From NCBI GenBank assembly GCA_964016885.1, contig OZ024761.1, forward strand, positions 19,592,001-19,656,000: a DNA stretch of 64,000 nucleotides, given 5' to 3'. A model generated the notes under the pieces. The model ran no database searches. It was given only the letters and a program-made list of their open reading frames with translations, and was not told where the DNA came from. Source of the DNA: Eledone cirrhosa (Eukaryota). Below are positions 39,082 to 52,374 of this stretch, piece after piece (position 1 is the first letter of the stretch; each line of letters begins with the position of its first letter). The translations under genes were made by a program, and so were the position numbers.

Positions 39082-41466
39082 CTGCAACAAGAAAAATATA
39101 ATAATAATAAAATAATGAAATTATAGTGTGCAGTACTCAGGTGCACTATAACTCATCAAAGGTGTATGTATAGAACTAAGAATAATGTACAAATGTCAGG
39201 AAAGTGTATACAGATACATGCGTGCGTGTGTATGGTAGGGGAATATCAAGTGTAATAATAATGAAATGATTGGAAACAGTGCTCAGGTGCACTACAACTC
39301 ATCAAAGTTGCTTGTATAGTACATAGAATAATATACAAATGTCAGGAAAGTGTATACAGATACATGTGTGCGTGTGTATGGTAGGGGAATATCAAGTGTA
39401 ATAATTGTTTCTACTTTTGGCACAAAGCCAGCAATTGTCCCAGTGTATTACTGGTACTTTATTTTATCGACCCCATAAGGATGAAAGGCAAAGTTAACCT
39501 CGGCGGGATTTGAACTCAAGTGTAATAATAATAATGAAATGATTGTATACAGTGCTCAGGTGCACTACAACTCATCAAAGGTGCTTGTATAGTACATAGT
39601 ATAATGTACAAATGTCAGGAAAGTGAAAAGTGTATGAGTTATGATTTACACACAGATACATGCGAGCGTGTGTATGGAGGAGGAATACCAGGTGTAGTGT
39701 TGGCAAATTTCGAGAAGCATATCAGTGTCCTGACAGCTAACAACTGATGCAGGTAGTTTGTTCCATGCTGCCGCAACTCTGACTTAGTAGGCATACTCAC
39801 AGGTGTTAGACACATGGAATTCAAAAAGGTGCTCAGGGTTGTTGTTGGCAAGATGGTTAATAATTAATTTAATGAAGAAAGATGCATTAGTTGTGATAAA
39901 CTGTGGTGGGTAGTTGGTGATTGGTAGAGGATGTTGGTAGTTGTTGTGGTGGTTAGTGGGTGCTGGCTTGTGGTGGGTGAGTGATTGGTGGTGGTTGCTG
40001 GTGTGTGTTTGTGGTGGCAGAGGGTGGTAAGAACTGGTGGTCAATAGTGGTTGTAGATGGTGGGTGGTGGACGGTGATGTGTGTGTAGCTGTATTTATCA
40101 TTCATACAAAAATATAAAGAACACTGAGAAACCGAAAAACTGGTGATGCTCTCTTGGCACTCAGAACCTTTGTTAAGTTATGTTCCAAACACCAGCTTAA
40201 CAATGAGAAAGTTAGCTATATTACTAAATCCCTTCAGAGTTATTTGAAAACCCTTGGCATTGTTTTTTATTAGAAATATGGTAATGGAAGTGTTAAAATG
40301 TTTATATTTATCTAAAAACCTTTACAGCAGAATTTTTATGTAAGAACCGTTGTTAAGTTATGTTCCAAACATCAACTTAATAATAGGAATGTGGTGTAAC
40401 AAACAACTTAGACTCTGATAACACATATTGTCTAAAATCACGTGTTATATCCATTGAGTTGCACATGTTTCATGGTTGAGTGGTTGTTGTTTAGCCACGG
40501 GTCAGCCAAGGTCACGAGCACAACTATTTATTATCAAACACATTCCAGTTATGACCATCCTGTCTTTTCAATCAAGCTACATCATCTTGTTCGAATTGAT
40601 CGATAAGATCCCAGACCTTATTCGCTGACTGGGTGGGGTGGAACTCGGCAAATCGGACCAAGGAGACAATGTTTCCATTGGTCTTTCCATTACTGATACT
40701 ATCTACTGGTCACAACTCCTGGCAGAAAGAGCAACATGAAATAAAGTATCTTGTTCAAAGACATAACACATCACCCTGTCTGGGAATCGAACTCACAACC
40801 TCACGATTGCGAATCTAATTCTCTAACCACTAAGACACGAGCCTTCATGACATAATAGGAACTTATAAAATTGGACCAAGGAAACAATGTTTTCATTAGT
40901 CTCTACCAGTCACAGCTCTTGACAGAAGAAAGGAGTCGATCATGAAATTGGACCAAGGAGACAATGTTTCCATTGGTCTTTCCATGACTGATACTATCTA
41001 CCAGTCACAGCTCTTGACAGAAGAAAGGAGTCGATCATGAAATTGGACCAAGGAGACAATGTTTCCATTGGTCTTTCCATGACTGATACTATCTGTCGAA
41101 TTGACTGGGAGAGGGTTAAACTGATCTGCATGTCGAACTGACCAGGGGGTCAAACTGACTGGGCTGTTGGTCAAACTGACCTAGAGCTAAAACAACAACA
41201 ATAATAATAATAATTATTATTATTATTTCTACTTTTGGTACAAGGCCAGCAATTACCCCAGTGCATTGCTGGTGCTTTATTTTATCGAACCCATAAGGAT
41301 GGAAGGCAAAGCTAACCTCGGTAGGATTTGAACTCAAACCGTAAAGAGCCATAACTCTATGCAAAGCATGGCGTCCGACCCTCTACTGATACTGCCAATC
41401 CAACAACAATAATTATAATAATCTGAACCCCAAAATAGCAACAGTAAGAATAGAATGGACACTCAC

Positions 41467-41583
41467 AATACACTGTAGTGACAGTTTGGTTCGCGAAAGA
41501 GGGTTTCGTGGGGCCACCATTTGCAGGTTGTGTAAACAGTGGCCCGTCGTCTATTTTTTGTTTCTCTGATGTCTGAATGTTGA
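41467..41583 (-). CDS. EMI receptor exon 5 (stalk)
   Basis: ctccag|TC...T|gtgagt, 117 nt, phase 1-1; NIQTSEKQKIDDGPLFTQPANGGPTKPSFANQTVTTVY. Confidence 0.75.
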
Positions 41584-41639
41584 CTGGAGATTTAATAATA
41601 GAGAGAGAGAGTGTGAGAGGGAGACACGGGTTGTTATCG

Positions 41640-42158
41640 CTGTTAGTACAGACACAATTAGTAAGTGTTGGTCCAGACACAGTAAGTGTTAGTACAGACA
41701 GTTAGTAAGTGTTGGTCCAGACACAGTTAGTAAGTGTTGGTCCAGACACTGTTAGTAAGTGTTGGTCCAGACACAGTAAGTGTTAGTACAGACAGTTAGT
41801 AAGTGTTGGTCCAGACAGTTAGTAAGTGTTGGTGCAGACACAGTAAGTGTTAGTACAGACACAGTAAGTGTTAGTACAGACAGTTAGTAAGTGTTGGTCC
41901 AGACACAGTTAGTAAGTGTTTGTCCAGACACAATTAGTAAGTGTTGGTCCAGACACAATTAGTAAGTGTTGGTCCAGACACAATTAGTAAGTGTTAGTAC
42001 AGACAGTAAATGTTAGTACAGACACAGTAAGTGTTAGTACAGATACAGACAGTAAGTGTTAGTACAGACACAGTCAGTAAGTGTTAGTACAGACACAGTC
42101 AGTAAGTGTTAGTACAGACACAGTAAGTGTTAGTACAGACACAAGTTGTAAGTGTTAG
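41640..42158. repeat. 20-24-bp minisatellite
   Basis: GTAAGTGTT(AGTA/GGTC)CAGACACA repeats. Confidence 0.9.
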
Positions 42159-43438
42159 TTTTCTTCTTACTTTTGTACGAGACAATGATCACGCGATGTC
42201 CCACCCTAGGTGCTACAACCAGCTCATGGTAGTGGGTGGAATTAGGGTGCATAAGGTCCACAGTCTCAGATGAGCAGAGATCTGGGCACTCACCATGTAA
42301 TGACCCTGTCCCCAGGTGCTATAACCAGCTTACGGTAGTGGATGAAATTAGAGTGCATAAGGTCCACAGTCTCTGATTTGCAGAGAACGAGGCACTCACC
42401 ATGTGATGACCCTGCCCTCAGGTATTGCAATCATCTCACTGTAGTGGGTGGGATTAGGGGTTTGTGAGCTCCATAGTCGCAGGTGAGTGGAGATCCAGGT
42501 ACTCACCATGTGATGACCTTGCTTCCAGGCATTGCAACCGCTCACAGTAGTGGGTGGGGGATCCAGGCACTCACAGTGTGATGACCCACCCCAGGTGCTA
42601 CAACCAGCTCATAGCAGTGGGCGGAATTAGGGATGTGTAAGGTATATTCTCCTCAGGTGGGTAGAGAGATCCGGGCCCTCACTCAGTATATGTCCAGCAG
42701 TCTGATCTGGCATGCCACATGCACAAGCTGTTGATGAATGTAGCCCCTCCACCCCAGGTGTGCATGGCAGCATTTAATTGACTGACACCTGTTAAGGATT
42801 TAGTGATTACTAGTTGATGGTGTTAGTGTCTGTATGTGTGTTTGTTTATCCGTCTATCCATCCATACGCCCTGTATGCCAAATGGCATCATAGTGGGTGT
42901 GTGGCTTAGTTGTTAGAGAGTTAGATTCACAAATGTGAGGTTATGAACTGGGTGACATGTGTCCTTGAACAAGACACTCTATTTCATGTTGCTCCAGTTC
43001 ACTCAGCTGGAGAAGTGAGTAGTGGCATTACTGGTGCCAAGCTGTATTGACTTTTCACTTTCGTATGGCCAACATATATTGTATATATACACAGTGTATT
43101 GTGTATATATAATGTATGTATATGTTGTGACATCACGTGATTATCTCACATAATATCGAATCTATGAGATTTTAGTATTATTTATTTTGAGAATAATATC
43201 TTAACATAAATATGAGCAGCTGATTATGGCAGGTTTGAGCAGAAAGAGGTGGGGGAATTCTGGCCGGATATGGCCGGCTTAAATGTTAAAGGTTTAACAT
43301 TTGTATGAGTGGCCGGTTACAGCCGGTTTGAACAGAAAGAATTGAGAGAGTTCTGACCAGATATGGCTGGTTTCAATGCTAAAGGATTAAAAGGGGAATA
43401 GGATTAGTGTGGGTTAGAGTATAAAGAAAGCAACTCAC

Positions 43439-43489
43439 TAAATGCTTTGGCGGTTGGCATGGTCACAGGGTAGGGTGTTGGTGTGGTCA
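43439..43489 (-). CDS. EMI receptor exon 4 (T/P-rich stalk)
   Basis: ttccag|TG...A|gtgagt, 51 nt, phase 1-1; VTTPTPYPVTMPTAKAF. Confidence 0.72.
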
Positions 43490-43953
43490 CTGGAAATAGA
43501 AAAGTGACTTAGGGCTAAACAACAACAATAACAATTGCAGTGGCTACTACTACTACTACAACAACAATTACTACTATAATTATAACAACTATTACAACTA
43601 CTACTACTACAAAAACAACAATAACACAAAGTAAAAAAAGACGAGGAAGAGGAGGTGAATGAAGAGGAGGAGAAGGAAGGAAGGGAATAATAATAATGGT
43701 TTGATTTAGGCACAAGGCCAGCAATTTGAAGGGGGTAGGGGGATCGATAAATCAACCCCAGTGCATTACTGGTACTTTATTTTATCGACCCCCCCCCCCC
43801 CGTAAGGATGAAAGGCAAAGCTAACCTCGGCGGGATTTGAACGTAAAGGGCCATAACTCTATGCCACAAAGCATGTTGTCCGGCGCTCTACCAATTACTG
43901 CCAATCCACCTCAAGAGAATAATAATAATGATAATAAGCGGATCAATAAATAC

Positions 43954-44057
43954 CTGAAATGCATTTATTGAGGACTTTAACATAGCCAGGGCAGCAGTGA
44001 GCCTTCATTCTGTAAATTGTTTTTCTCTTCCTTTCGAGGCGCGAAATTCGTTGAATC
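43954..44057 (-). CDS. EMI receptor exon 3 (CCPGY end of EMI)
   Basis: tttcag|G...G|gtattt, 104 nt, phase 2-1; IQRISRLERKRKTIYRMKAHCCPGYVKVLNKCIS, resembling the MEGF10/CED-1/Draper EMI ending K.MYR.K..CCPG.....C. Confidence 0.85.
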
Positions 44058-44144
44058 CTGAAATAGTTAAATATTCACATTTTTAACCTTCTTGTAACCA
44101 TATTTCTAATGAAAAACTCATCCTATATCACTAATCCCCTCCTT

Positions 44145-44940
44145 ACATTGTCTATGTCATTAACCCTTTCATTACCATATTTCTAATGAAAGACACTGCC
44201 TATGTCATTAACCCTTTCATTACCATATTTCTAATGAAAGACACTGTCTATGTCATTAACCCTTTCATTACCATATTTCTAATGAAAGACACTATCTATG
44301 TCATTAACCCTTTCATTACCATATTTCTAATGAAAGACACTATCTATGTCATTAACCCTTTCATTACCATATTTCTAATGAAAGACACTATGTCATTAAC
44401 CCTTTCATTACCATATTTCTAATGAAAGACACTATCTATGTCATTAACCCTTTCATTACCATATTTCTAATGAAAGACACTGTCTATGTCATTAACCCTT
44501 TCATTACCATATTTCTAATGAAAGACACTGTCTATGTCATTAACCCTTTCATTACCATATTTCTAATGAAAGACACTATCTATGTCATTAACCCTTTTGT
44601 TACCATATTTCTAATGAAAGACACTGTCTATGTCATTAACTCTTTCATTACCATATTTCTAATGAAAGACACTGTCTATGTCATTAACCCTTTCATTACC
44701 ATATTTCTAATGAAAGACACTGTATGTCAGTAAGCCTCTTGTTACCATATTTCTAATGAAAGACACTGTCTATGTCATTAACCCTTTCATTACCATATTT
44801 CTAATGAAAGACACTGTCTATGTCATTAACCCTTTCATTACCATATTTCTAATGAAAGACACTGTATGTCAGTAAGCCTCTTGTTACCATATTTCTAATG
44901 AAAGACACTACCAATGCCATTAACCCTCTCATTACTGTAT
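44145..44940. repeat. 48-bp tandem array
   Basis: ATTAACCCTTTCATTACCATATTTCTAATGAAAGACACTGTCTATGTC. Confidence 0.93.
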
Positions 44941-45065
44941 TTCTAAAAAAGAATTTTGCGTATGTATTTCAATTAATTTTGAAAATAACTTTTCAGCCAA
45001 CCCTCGTATCCAAACCACCACCACCGAATGGTAACATTCACTAAATGTAAGATAAAGTCGTTTAC

Positions 45066-45158
45066 CTGTAGGCAGTATCGCAAAAGATAATTAGGCGACA
45101 TTTCCGCGTCTTGACTGTTCTAGTTAAGTAAACAGGCTCAAAGAATGTAACCAGCTGC
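45066..45158 (-). CDS. EMI receptor exon 2 (EMI core)
   Basis: ctatag|G...AG|gtaaac, 93 nt; only the phase 2-2 frame is open: QLVTFFEPVYLTRTVKTRKCRLIIFCDTAY. Confidence 0.8.
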
Positions 45159-46384
45159 CTATAGAGAAGAGAAAGGAGAACAACACAGAGATAAACAATT
45201 ATATAATTTACTCAAGTATATGTCCATATAAGTGTGTGTGTGTGTGTGTGTGTGTCCACATTATCAACCCTTAAGTCTGAAGACTGCCACCCTATTCCTT
45301 CCTTAACCCTTTAGTATTTACATTACTTTATATATGCTCTTGTAATTTTCACAGTAAAGGCTTTACCTTACATAATATCTCACAAAATATCTAATCTATG
45401 AGATTTTGATGTTATTTATTTTGAGAACAATACCTTAATGTAGGTATAAGTGACCGGTTACGGCCGGTTTGAACAGAAAGAAATGAGAGAGTTCTGGCCG
45501 GATACGACCAGTTTAAATACTAAAGGGTTAATATGTTGTCTGCTTCTTGGTTCTGGCCGACAGGATGAAGACGGTGCCCCAGATGATGCACTGGAACAAC
45601 TACTCCACTTTGCCCATATCATAAAACACGAGAATTTCTGAAGTATATGTCCATAAATATGTTTGTAATTAGGAGGCGAATTGGCAGAGTTGTTAGAACG
45701 TTGGATAATAGAATGCTTTATGGTATTTGTTCAGGCTTTCTGCTCTCTGAGTTCAAATCCCACTGGCGTCAACTTTGCCTTTCATCCTTTCAAGGTCGAT
45801 AAAAAAACGTACCAGTCTAGTAGTGGGGTTGATTTTTCCTCTATATCTCTTTCTCATTTCCTCTCTCTTTCTCTCTCTATCTTTCTCTGGAAGAAATCTG
45901 CTATATTCAGACCTGGAGAGGGATGGACTCTGCCAGGCTTTAAATGCCCAAGAAACGCCATATGTCAATACAGCACCCCTATGACTATCACGAGTTACGG
46001 GATCATACACATATTTGTAATTGTGTGTGTATATGTGTCAGCATTTTTAACCCTTAAATCTGAAGACTGCCACCCTATTCCTGCCTTAATATGCCAATTG
46101 CAGAAACACAAACCCTCCAGCTCAATTTTACTTTTGAAAATCATAAGAAGTGTGAAATCAGTAAAGAAAATATTCTTAAAAGACTCCAGTTGCATTTTCA
46201 ATTTCTTTCCTTATATTTTAACCCGTGTCGGACATTAAAAAAAAATTATTTTCTTATATATATATATTAATAAGAGGAATTCCAACTTTGTCTGATTTAC
46301 TCGTTTTATTTACAATCCTTTAAAATATATATAATGGTATTATAATGAAATAGTATGATAGAATATTAAATTCTAAGTGTTAAT

Positions 46385-46423
46385 TGAACAAGTACTTTCA
46401 TGCTTTCGCAATCTTCAGGTTCA
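46385..46423 (-). ncRNA. Minimal type I hammerhead ribozyme motif
   Basis: Minus strand TGAAC-CTGAAGA-TTGC GAAA GCAT-GAAA-GTAC-TT-GTTCA; 5-bp helix I, GNRA-capped helix II, palindromic loop III. Confidence 0.75.
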
Positions 46424-46653
46424 TGATATGTGGTGACAGTCGAGTTTGCAATTTTCAACTATATATATATATATATATACTTATATAGTTATTACCCTAA
46501 AATATGACTTAAAACTCCCCCAAAATTTCTCATCTTTAGGGGTATTTTTGTGATCAAGAGTCCAATTCATTTACCATTTACTACGAGAGGTTAGGTTTTG
46601 GAAGGTTTTTCTTATCATTTTTATCAATGAAGATGTCACTATATGCTACTTAC

Positions 46654-46784
46654 GATATTCTGGAAACGCATACGTTGGGGAGGGGTCCAAAGATCTTTGT
46701 GTCCGTGCTGTTGATAACATTTGGTGAAGACGTGGCGAACAAAACAAGCCAGGGTAATAGACTGACCCAAACATGAAGGTACAT
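46654..46784 (-). CDS. EMI-domain single-pass receptor, first coding exon (signal peptide + start of EMI)
   Basis: ATG at 46784; MYLHVWVSLLPWLVLFATSSPNVINSTDTKIFGPLPNVCVSRI, hydrophobic N-terminus and PNVC motif; donor gtaagt, ends phase 2. Confidence 0.82.
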
Positions 46785-47816
46785 GATGTCTTCTTTCTTG
46801 TCTTCTTCTTCACTGATGTCAAACAATAACTACACACTGAAATAGATAATGATTTCTGATTTAGACATAAAGCTAACAATTTGTGAGGAGAGAAGGGAAA
46901 GTTGATTACATCAACCCCCGTGTATTACTGGTATTTTATCAACTATAGGGTTGATAAAATGAACAAGAATAATGGTTTCGGATTTGAATTCAGAATGTAA
47001 AGGGTCGTAGAATAATAATGGTTCCTGATTTAGGCACAAGGTCAGCAATTTTTTCTTCAATAACATAATTGGCTCTTTGTCACCATCAACATCATCATCA
47101 TCACTACCACCACCGTCACTACCATTAACACCACCACCGTCGCTACCATCGCCTCCACCACCCCTACCACCATCGGCTCCAGCACTGCTACCACCATCGC
47201 CACCACCTCCACCACCATTAGTCACATCTAAGATGTGTGTCAACATCCACCAACCATATGGAATTAATACTTCACCAGCCCATCATCTCACCCACCAACC
47301 GTCCTACCCATCCACCCCATCAACCAACCATCCTAGCAACCAGCCAACCATTCTACTATACCCCACTCACCACCAACCAACACACGCTCCCCTCCCAGTC
47401 AACCATTTTACTACCCACCCACCAACCCACCCCACCAACCAACAAACTGTCCTACCCACCAACCCACTCGCCCACCCCACCAACCAACCCACCCGACCAA
47501 ACATCCCAAACCAACAAACTGTCCTCCTACCCAACTTCCCACTCGCCCACCCAGCCAACCGTTTTATTACACATCAAGCCACCCCGACCAACCATCCCAC
47601 CTACCAACAAACTGTCCTACCCACCAACAAACCAACCAGCCAATCACCCACCAACAAAACCAACCAATCAACCAATCAGCCAGCCAACCCATCAACTATG
47701 TCAATGAAACATTCTTACCATATACCCCCCCCCACACTCCCTACGTTCTTTGACTAGGGAAAGTGCAAGAGAGAGAGAGAGGGAGTGATGTAGGGGGTAA
47801 CTATATTTCCCCTTAC

Positions 47817-47937
47817 CATCTCTTACACTCGCGATATTGACCTTTCTCTCTCTCTCTCTGCAGAGTATGACATTCGTTTGGAAGTAAAATTGTCAAGTCA
47901 TCACCATACCATTGCATCATGACGTAAATACTTGTTT
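47817..47937 (-). other. Candidate 5'UTR exon of the EMI receptor gene (contains upstream ATGs)
   Basis: Unique sequence bounded by accag acceptor and gtaagg donor on -, ~1 kb upstream of the signal-peptide exon. Confidence 0.45.
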
Positions 47938-47952
47938 CTGGTATATAATATG

Positions 47953-47988
<36 letters not shown>

Positions 47989-48144
47989 TATATGTATATA
48001 TATGTGTTTGACAATCGCAACCAATGAATGCGGGGAAAGTTAACAAAGAACTTACTAGATCTACTAACTCATAATATTATAATAATATAAAATTAAATCA
48101 AATTGTTTAGAACCACAAGTGAAATCATTCTTTTCCTTTTTTTC

Positions 48145-48281
<137 letters not shown>

Positions 48282-49321
48282 TTGTGGTAAGTCATTTTCC
48301 ATAATAAAATAATAATAATAATAATGAAAATTATTGTGTACAGTGCTCAGGTACACTACAACTCATCAAAGGTACATAGTACATAGAATAGTACATAGAA
48401 ATAGTACATAGAATAATGAAGAAATGTCAGGGAAGTGGACAGTGCGTTGATGATCTATACAATAAAAAATATCCAGTATGTTCTGAAGTAAAGTGGTTGG
48501 TGTTAGGAGGTTTATCCAGTTTTAGAAAGCTTGCCAAACAGGGGGTTGGGAAGACCCTTCAGTTTGTGTGAAAAGACACAACAACTTCTCCTATACATTC
48601 GACATGACCTGTCTAGGAGGTCAGAAGTTCTCACTTCAGTACTGACTTGTTTGCTTACAGGGAAGGCAGCCATTAAATGATGATGGTAGTGATGATGATA
48701 TATATATGCAGGTTGAACCAACCTCATATGAGGTTGTTTAGGTATTTCTTTTAGAAAAGAGGGACCTAATCATTAAAATACCTGCCCCTCAAAACCACAA
48801 AAACAAGATAGCAACCAGTCCTTCCTGTAAGGTGGTAGTGCTGGTGCCACAAAAAAAAAAAGCTCCCAGTACAAGCTAAAGTGGTTGGCATTAGGAAGGG
48901 CATCCAACCATAGAAAACCAACTCAAAAATGGATTGTGTGAGCAAGACGTGGTTACCTAACCTGTATGGACTTGTAGCATGACAGCGTGTCAAACTCATG
49001 CAAGCATGGAAAATAGACATTAAAAGGTGATGATGAAGATTATATATATATATATATATATATGCACCCGTATTATATACACACAATCACATTGATGTAT
49101 ATGTATTCATACACACATTACTGCATATATATATAAATGTAGGTGGTGTTAGGAAGGGCACCCAGCTGTAAAAATCCAGGTCAAAATTACAGTTCTGTCT
49201 GAGCAAGGAACAGCACAGCTAATCTGGCTAGGCTTGTCTCATGATGTGGATGACCCCTCTAACCCATGTAAGCATGGGAAATATATGTTTGTTTTGAAAC
49301 AGCCAGTGAAGTTTTGAAATT

Positions 49322-49518
49322 TAGTAGAAATAGAAGCTTTTGCTGTATTTTTGACTAAAGAAATTTTAGCCTGATAGTGGGGTTTAAAACCCTCTAAAAA
49401 TGGAAAAGGATGAGTATTGACATTACGCATCCTTTTCCATTTTTAGAGGGTTTTAAACCCCATTATCGGGCTAAAATTTCTTTAGTCAAAATTACAACAA
49501 AAGCTTCTATTTCTACTA
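49322..49518. mobile_element. Foldback palindrome without a recognisable hammerhead core
   Basis: ~95-bp inverted arms TAGTAGAAATAGAAGCTTTTG... / ...CAAAAGCTTCTATTTCTACTA. Confidence 0.55.
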
Positions 49519-49861
49519 TACATACACACTCTGGAAATTGGTTTGCAACAGGAGGATATCCAGCTGCAGAAAAGAACTGGAAAGTACGTTGGTCCAATTA
49601 AATACTGAGTTGGTCTGTGACAACCCATGCCTACATAGATGGTAAATGATGATGATGATAATCATCATTGTTTACCATCCGTGTACCATCCACACTAACA
49701 TGGGTTAGACAAGTTCTCCCATGGTGTGACAAGCCAGGTCAGAACTGATTTGGGGTGGATTTCTACAGCTGGATGCCCTTCCTAATGCCAACCTCATTTA
49801 CATGTACTGGGTGCTTTTTATCATGGTACCAAGCCGACCATTTTACAGTGTGGTTGGGCAC

Positions 49862-49902
<41 letters not shown>

Positions 49903-50241
49903 GTGTAGTCTCGGCATTCGTGGAACTATCTTATAACTGTTTGTGAAAACCACTGCATATTTGCAGAACCGTCAATATCTTCCGCGATTTTTTTAATGGC
50001 TTTTTTTTCGTGGCAATATATAATTATTTTTATCGCTAAATTATTAACAATATACCGTATTTGATGGTTTATTGGACACCCCTTCGCATAAGATGTTCCC
50101 TCTTTTTTAAAAAATTATATTTTGACGCGGGGTTTTCACTCTTCATGAGTGTTTCTTGGAACATAATCCCAGCAAATACCGGGGTTGGGGGTGGACAACT
50201 GCGTGTGTGTGTGTATGTATGTATATATATATATATATATA

Positions 50242-50302
<61 letters not shown>

Positions 50303-50904
50303 CATAGTTAAGATATTTTTATGACAATCCTAAGCTTGATATGTTCATAGATGTGAAAAAAATGAAGTAATGGAACTGCTAACTCAACAACTCCTACCCA
50401 AACACACACAGATATATATACATATATATATATATATGCCTGTGTGTATGTATATATATACATACACACATGTATATATAGACAGGCATATATGGGTATA
50501 TATACACATGCACACATTAATGTATATGTATATTCATACACACAATGTATATATATTCACACACACATTAATATATATATAATCATACACAAAATGTATA
50601 TATATATTTATACACACACACACACACACGTGTGTGTATATATATATACATGCTCACAGTGGTTTTGGCACAGATGGGCAAACACTTATACAGACAACAT
50701 TAAATAAATGTTAACCAAATACGCGAAACTGTGCTGGGGTGGGGGAGAGGAATTCATGACAGTTTTTGAGTGTCCTGTTACTGCCACACACACACATACA
50801 CACACGGACATACACATACACACATGGACATACAGCCACACACGGACTTACACATACACACATACACACTCACACAGACATACGAATATACACTTCTATA
50901 TCTA

Positions 50905-50979
<75 letters not shown>

Positions 50980-51068
50980 CTATATGCATACACACACATA
51001 CATATGTATATACATATATTGATAGTTATATGTACAGACAAATACACACATGTATATATATATATATA

Positions 51069-51577
51069 CTTCGTTTCTGAATTTGTTTAGCAAGATTCTT
51101 TATCTGAAAACCTATGTTGAAACCGATATTATTATACTTTGGGAGGGTCATGTTGCCAATAAGAAACACACGCACCAGTTGCTTTCACTCCAATTTATTA
51201 TAAATTAAATTTATAAATTTAAGAATTTATAAATTTCCGGTTGGTTGGTTGGTTCCACAACCGGACGGTTGTTCATATATTGTCAAAGTTCTTTCGTCAC
51301 ACATTCTGTGACCTCTTCAGTGACTGGGGATTCTTCTCTTTGTTTTGTGCCTCTCCTTTGTTCTGTCCTACGCCATCTTGTTTTGAGAAGAATCCCCAGT
51401 CACTGAAGAGGTCACAGAATGTGTGACGAAAGAACTTTGACAATATATGAACAACCGTCCGGTTGTGGAACCAACCAACCGGAAATTTATAAATTCTTAA
51501 ATTTATAAATTGGAGTGAAAGCAACTGGTGTGTGTGTTTCTTATTGGCAACATGACCCTCCCAAAGTATAACAATAT
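51069..51577. mobile_element. Young foldback hammerhead element
   Basis: Near-identical arms ~51128-51337 / 51386-51577 with ~48-nt spacer, tail 51069-51125, TA flanks. Confidence 0.75.
51399..51441 (+). ncRNA. Minimal type I hammerhead motif (identical mirror copy on - at 51282-51324)
   Basis: GTCA-CTGAAGA-G-GTCACA gaatg TGTGAC-GAAA-GAAC-TT-TGAC. Confidence 0.68.
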
Positions 51578-51904
51578 ATATATATACACACATATACATA
51601 TGCCACTAAATGCATACACACACACATACATATATATATATATACAGCTAAATGAACATACCCACACATGTGTACATATATACACATTTGAATGCACATG
51701 TACACACATACACACATATATATACACACACTCTGGGGTACCTCTGCAGCAGAAATACAATTCCACACGCATATACCCCCCCCCCCCCCCCACACACACA
51801 CACAAACAGGATTATCTACACACACACCACACCCAGATATTGCTTAAAAGTCAACTTCAAAATGTCAGCAAGAACAGATAATTTATAAAAATTTATATAT
51901 ACAT

Positions 51905-51951
<47 letters not shown>

Positions 51952-52374
51952 ATATGATATATGTATGTATATATATCATATAACACGTATCTGATGAAAA
52001 AAATTAGAATATATGAAAAACTGAAACCATCATCATCATCGTCTTATGTCCACATTTACATGTTAGCATGGGTTTTGACACTTTGTTCCAGTCTGACACT
52101 AGACAAGGTCAGAATGACCTCACCTTGTTCATATGTTCCGTATTTGGCAGGGTTTCTATGGCTGGATGGTAGGCAGTGATTTGGCAGAGCCTTCAGAAAT
52201 GTTGGATAGAATATCTTGCGGTATTTGCTTTAGCCCTCCTGTGAAGACACACGGTTAAGTGGTTACAGAATTGTAAGGTTGTGAGTTCGATTCCCGGACC
52301 AGGCGATGCGTTATGTCGTTGAGTAAAACACTTTATTTCATGTTGCTCTTTCTGCCAGATGGTGTGTGACTGAC

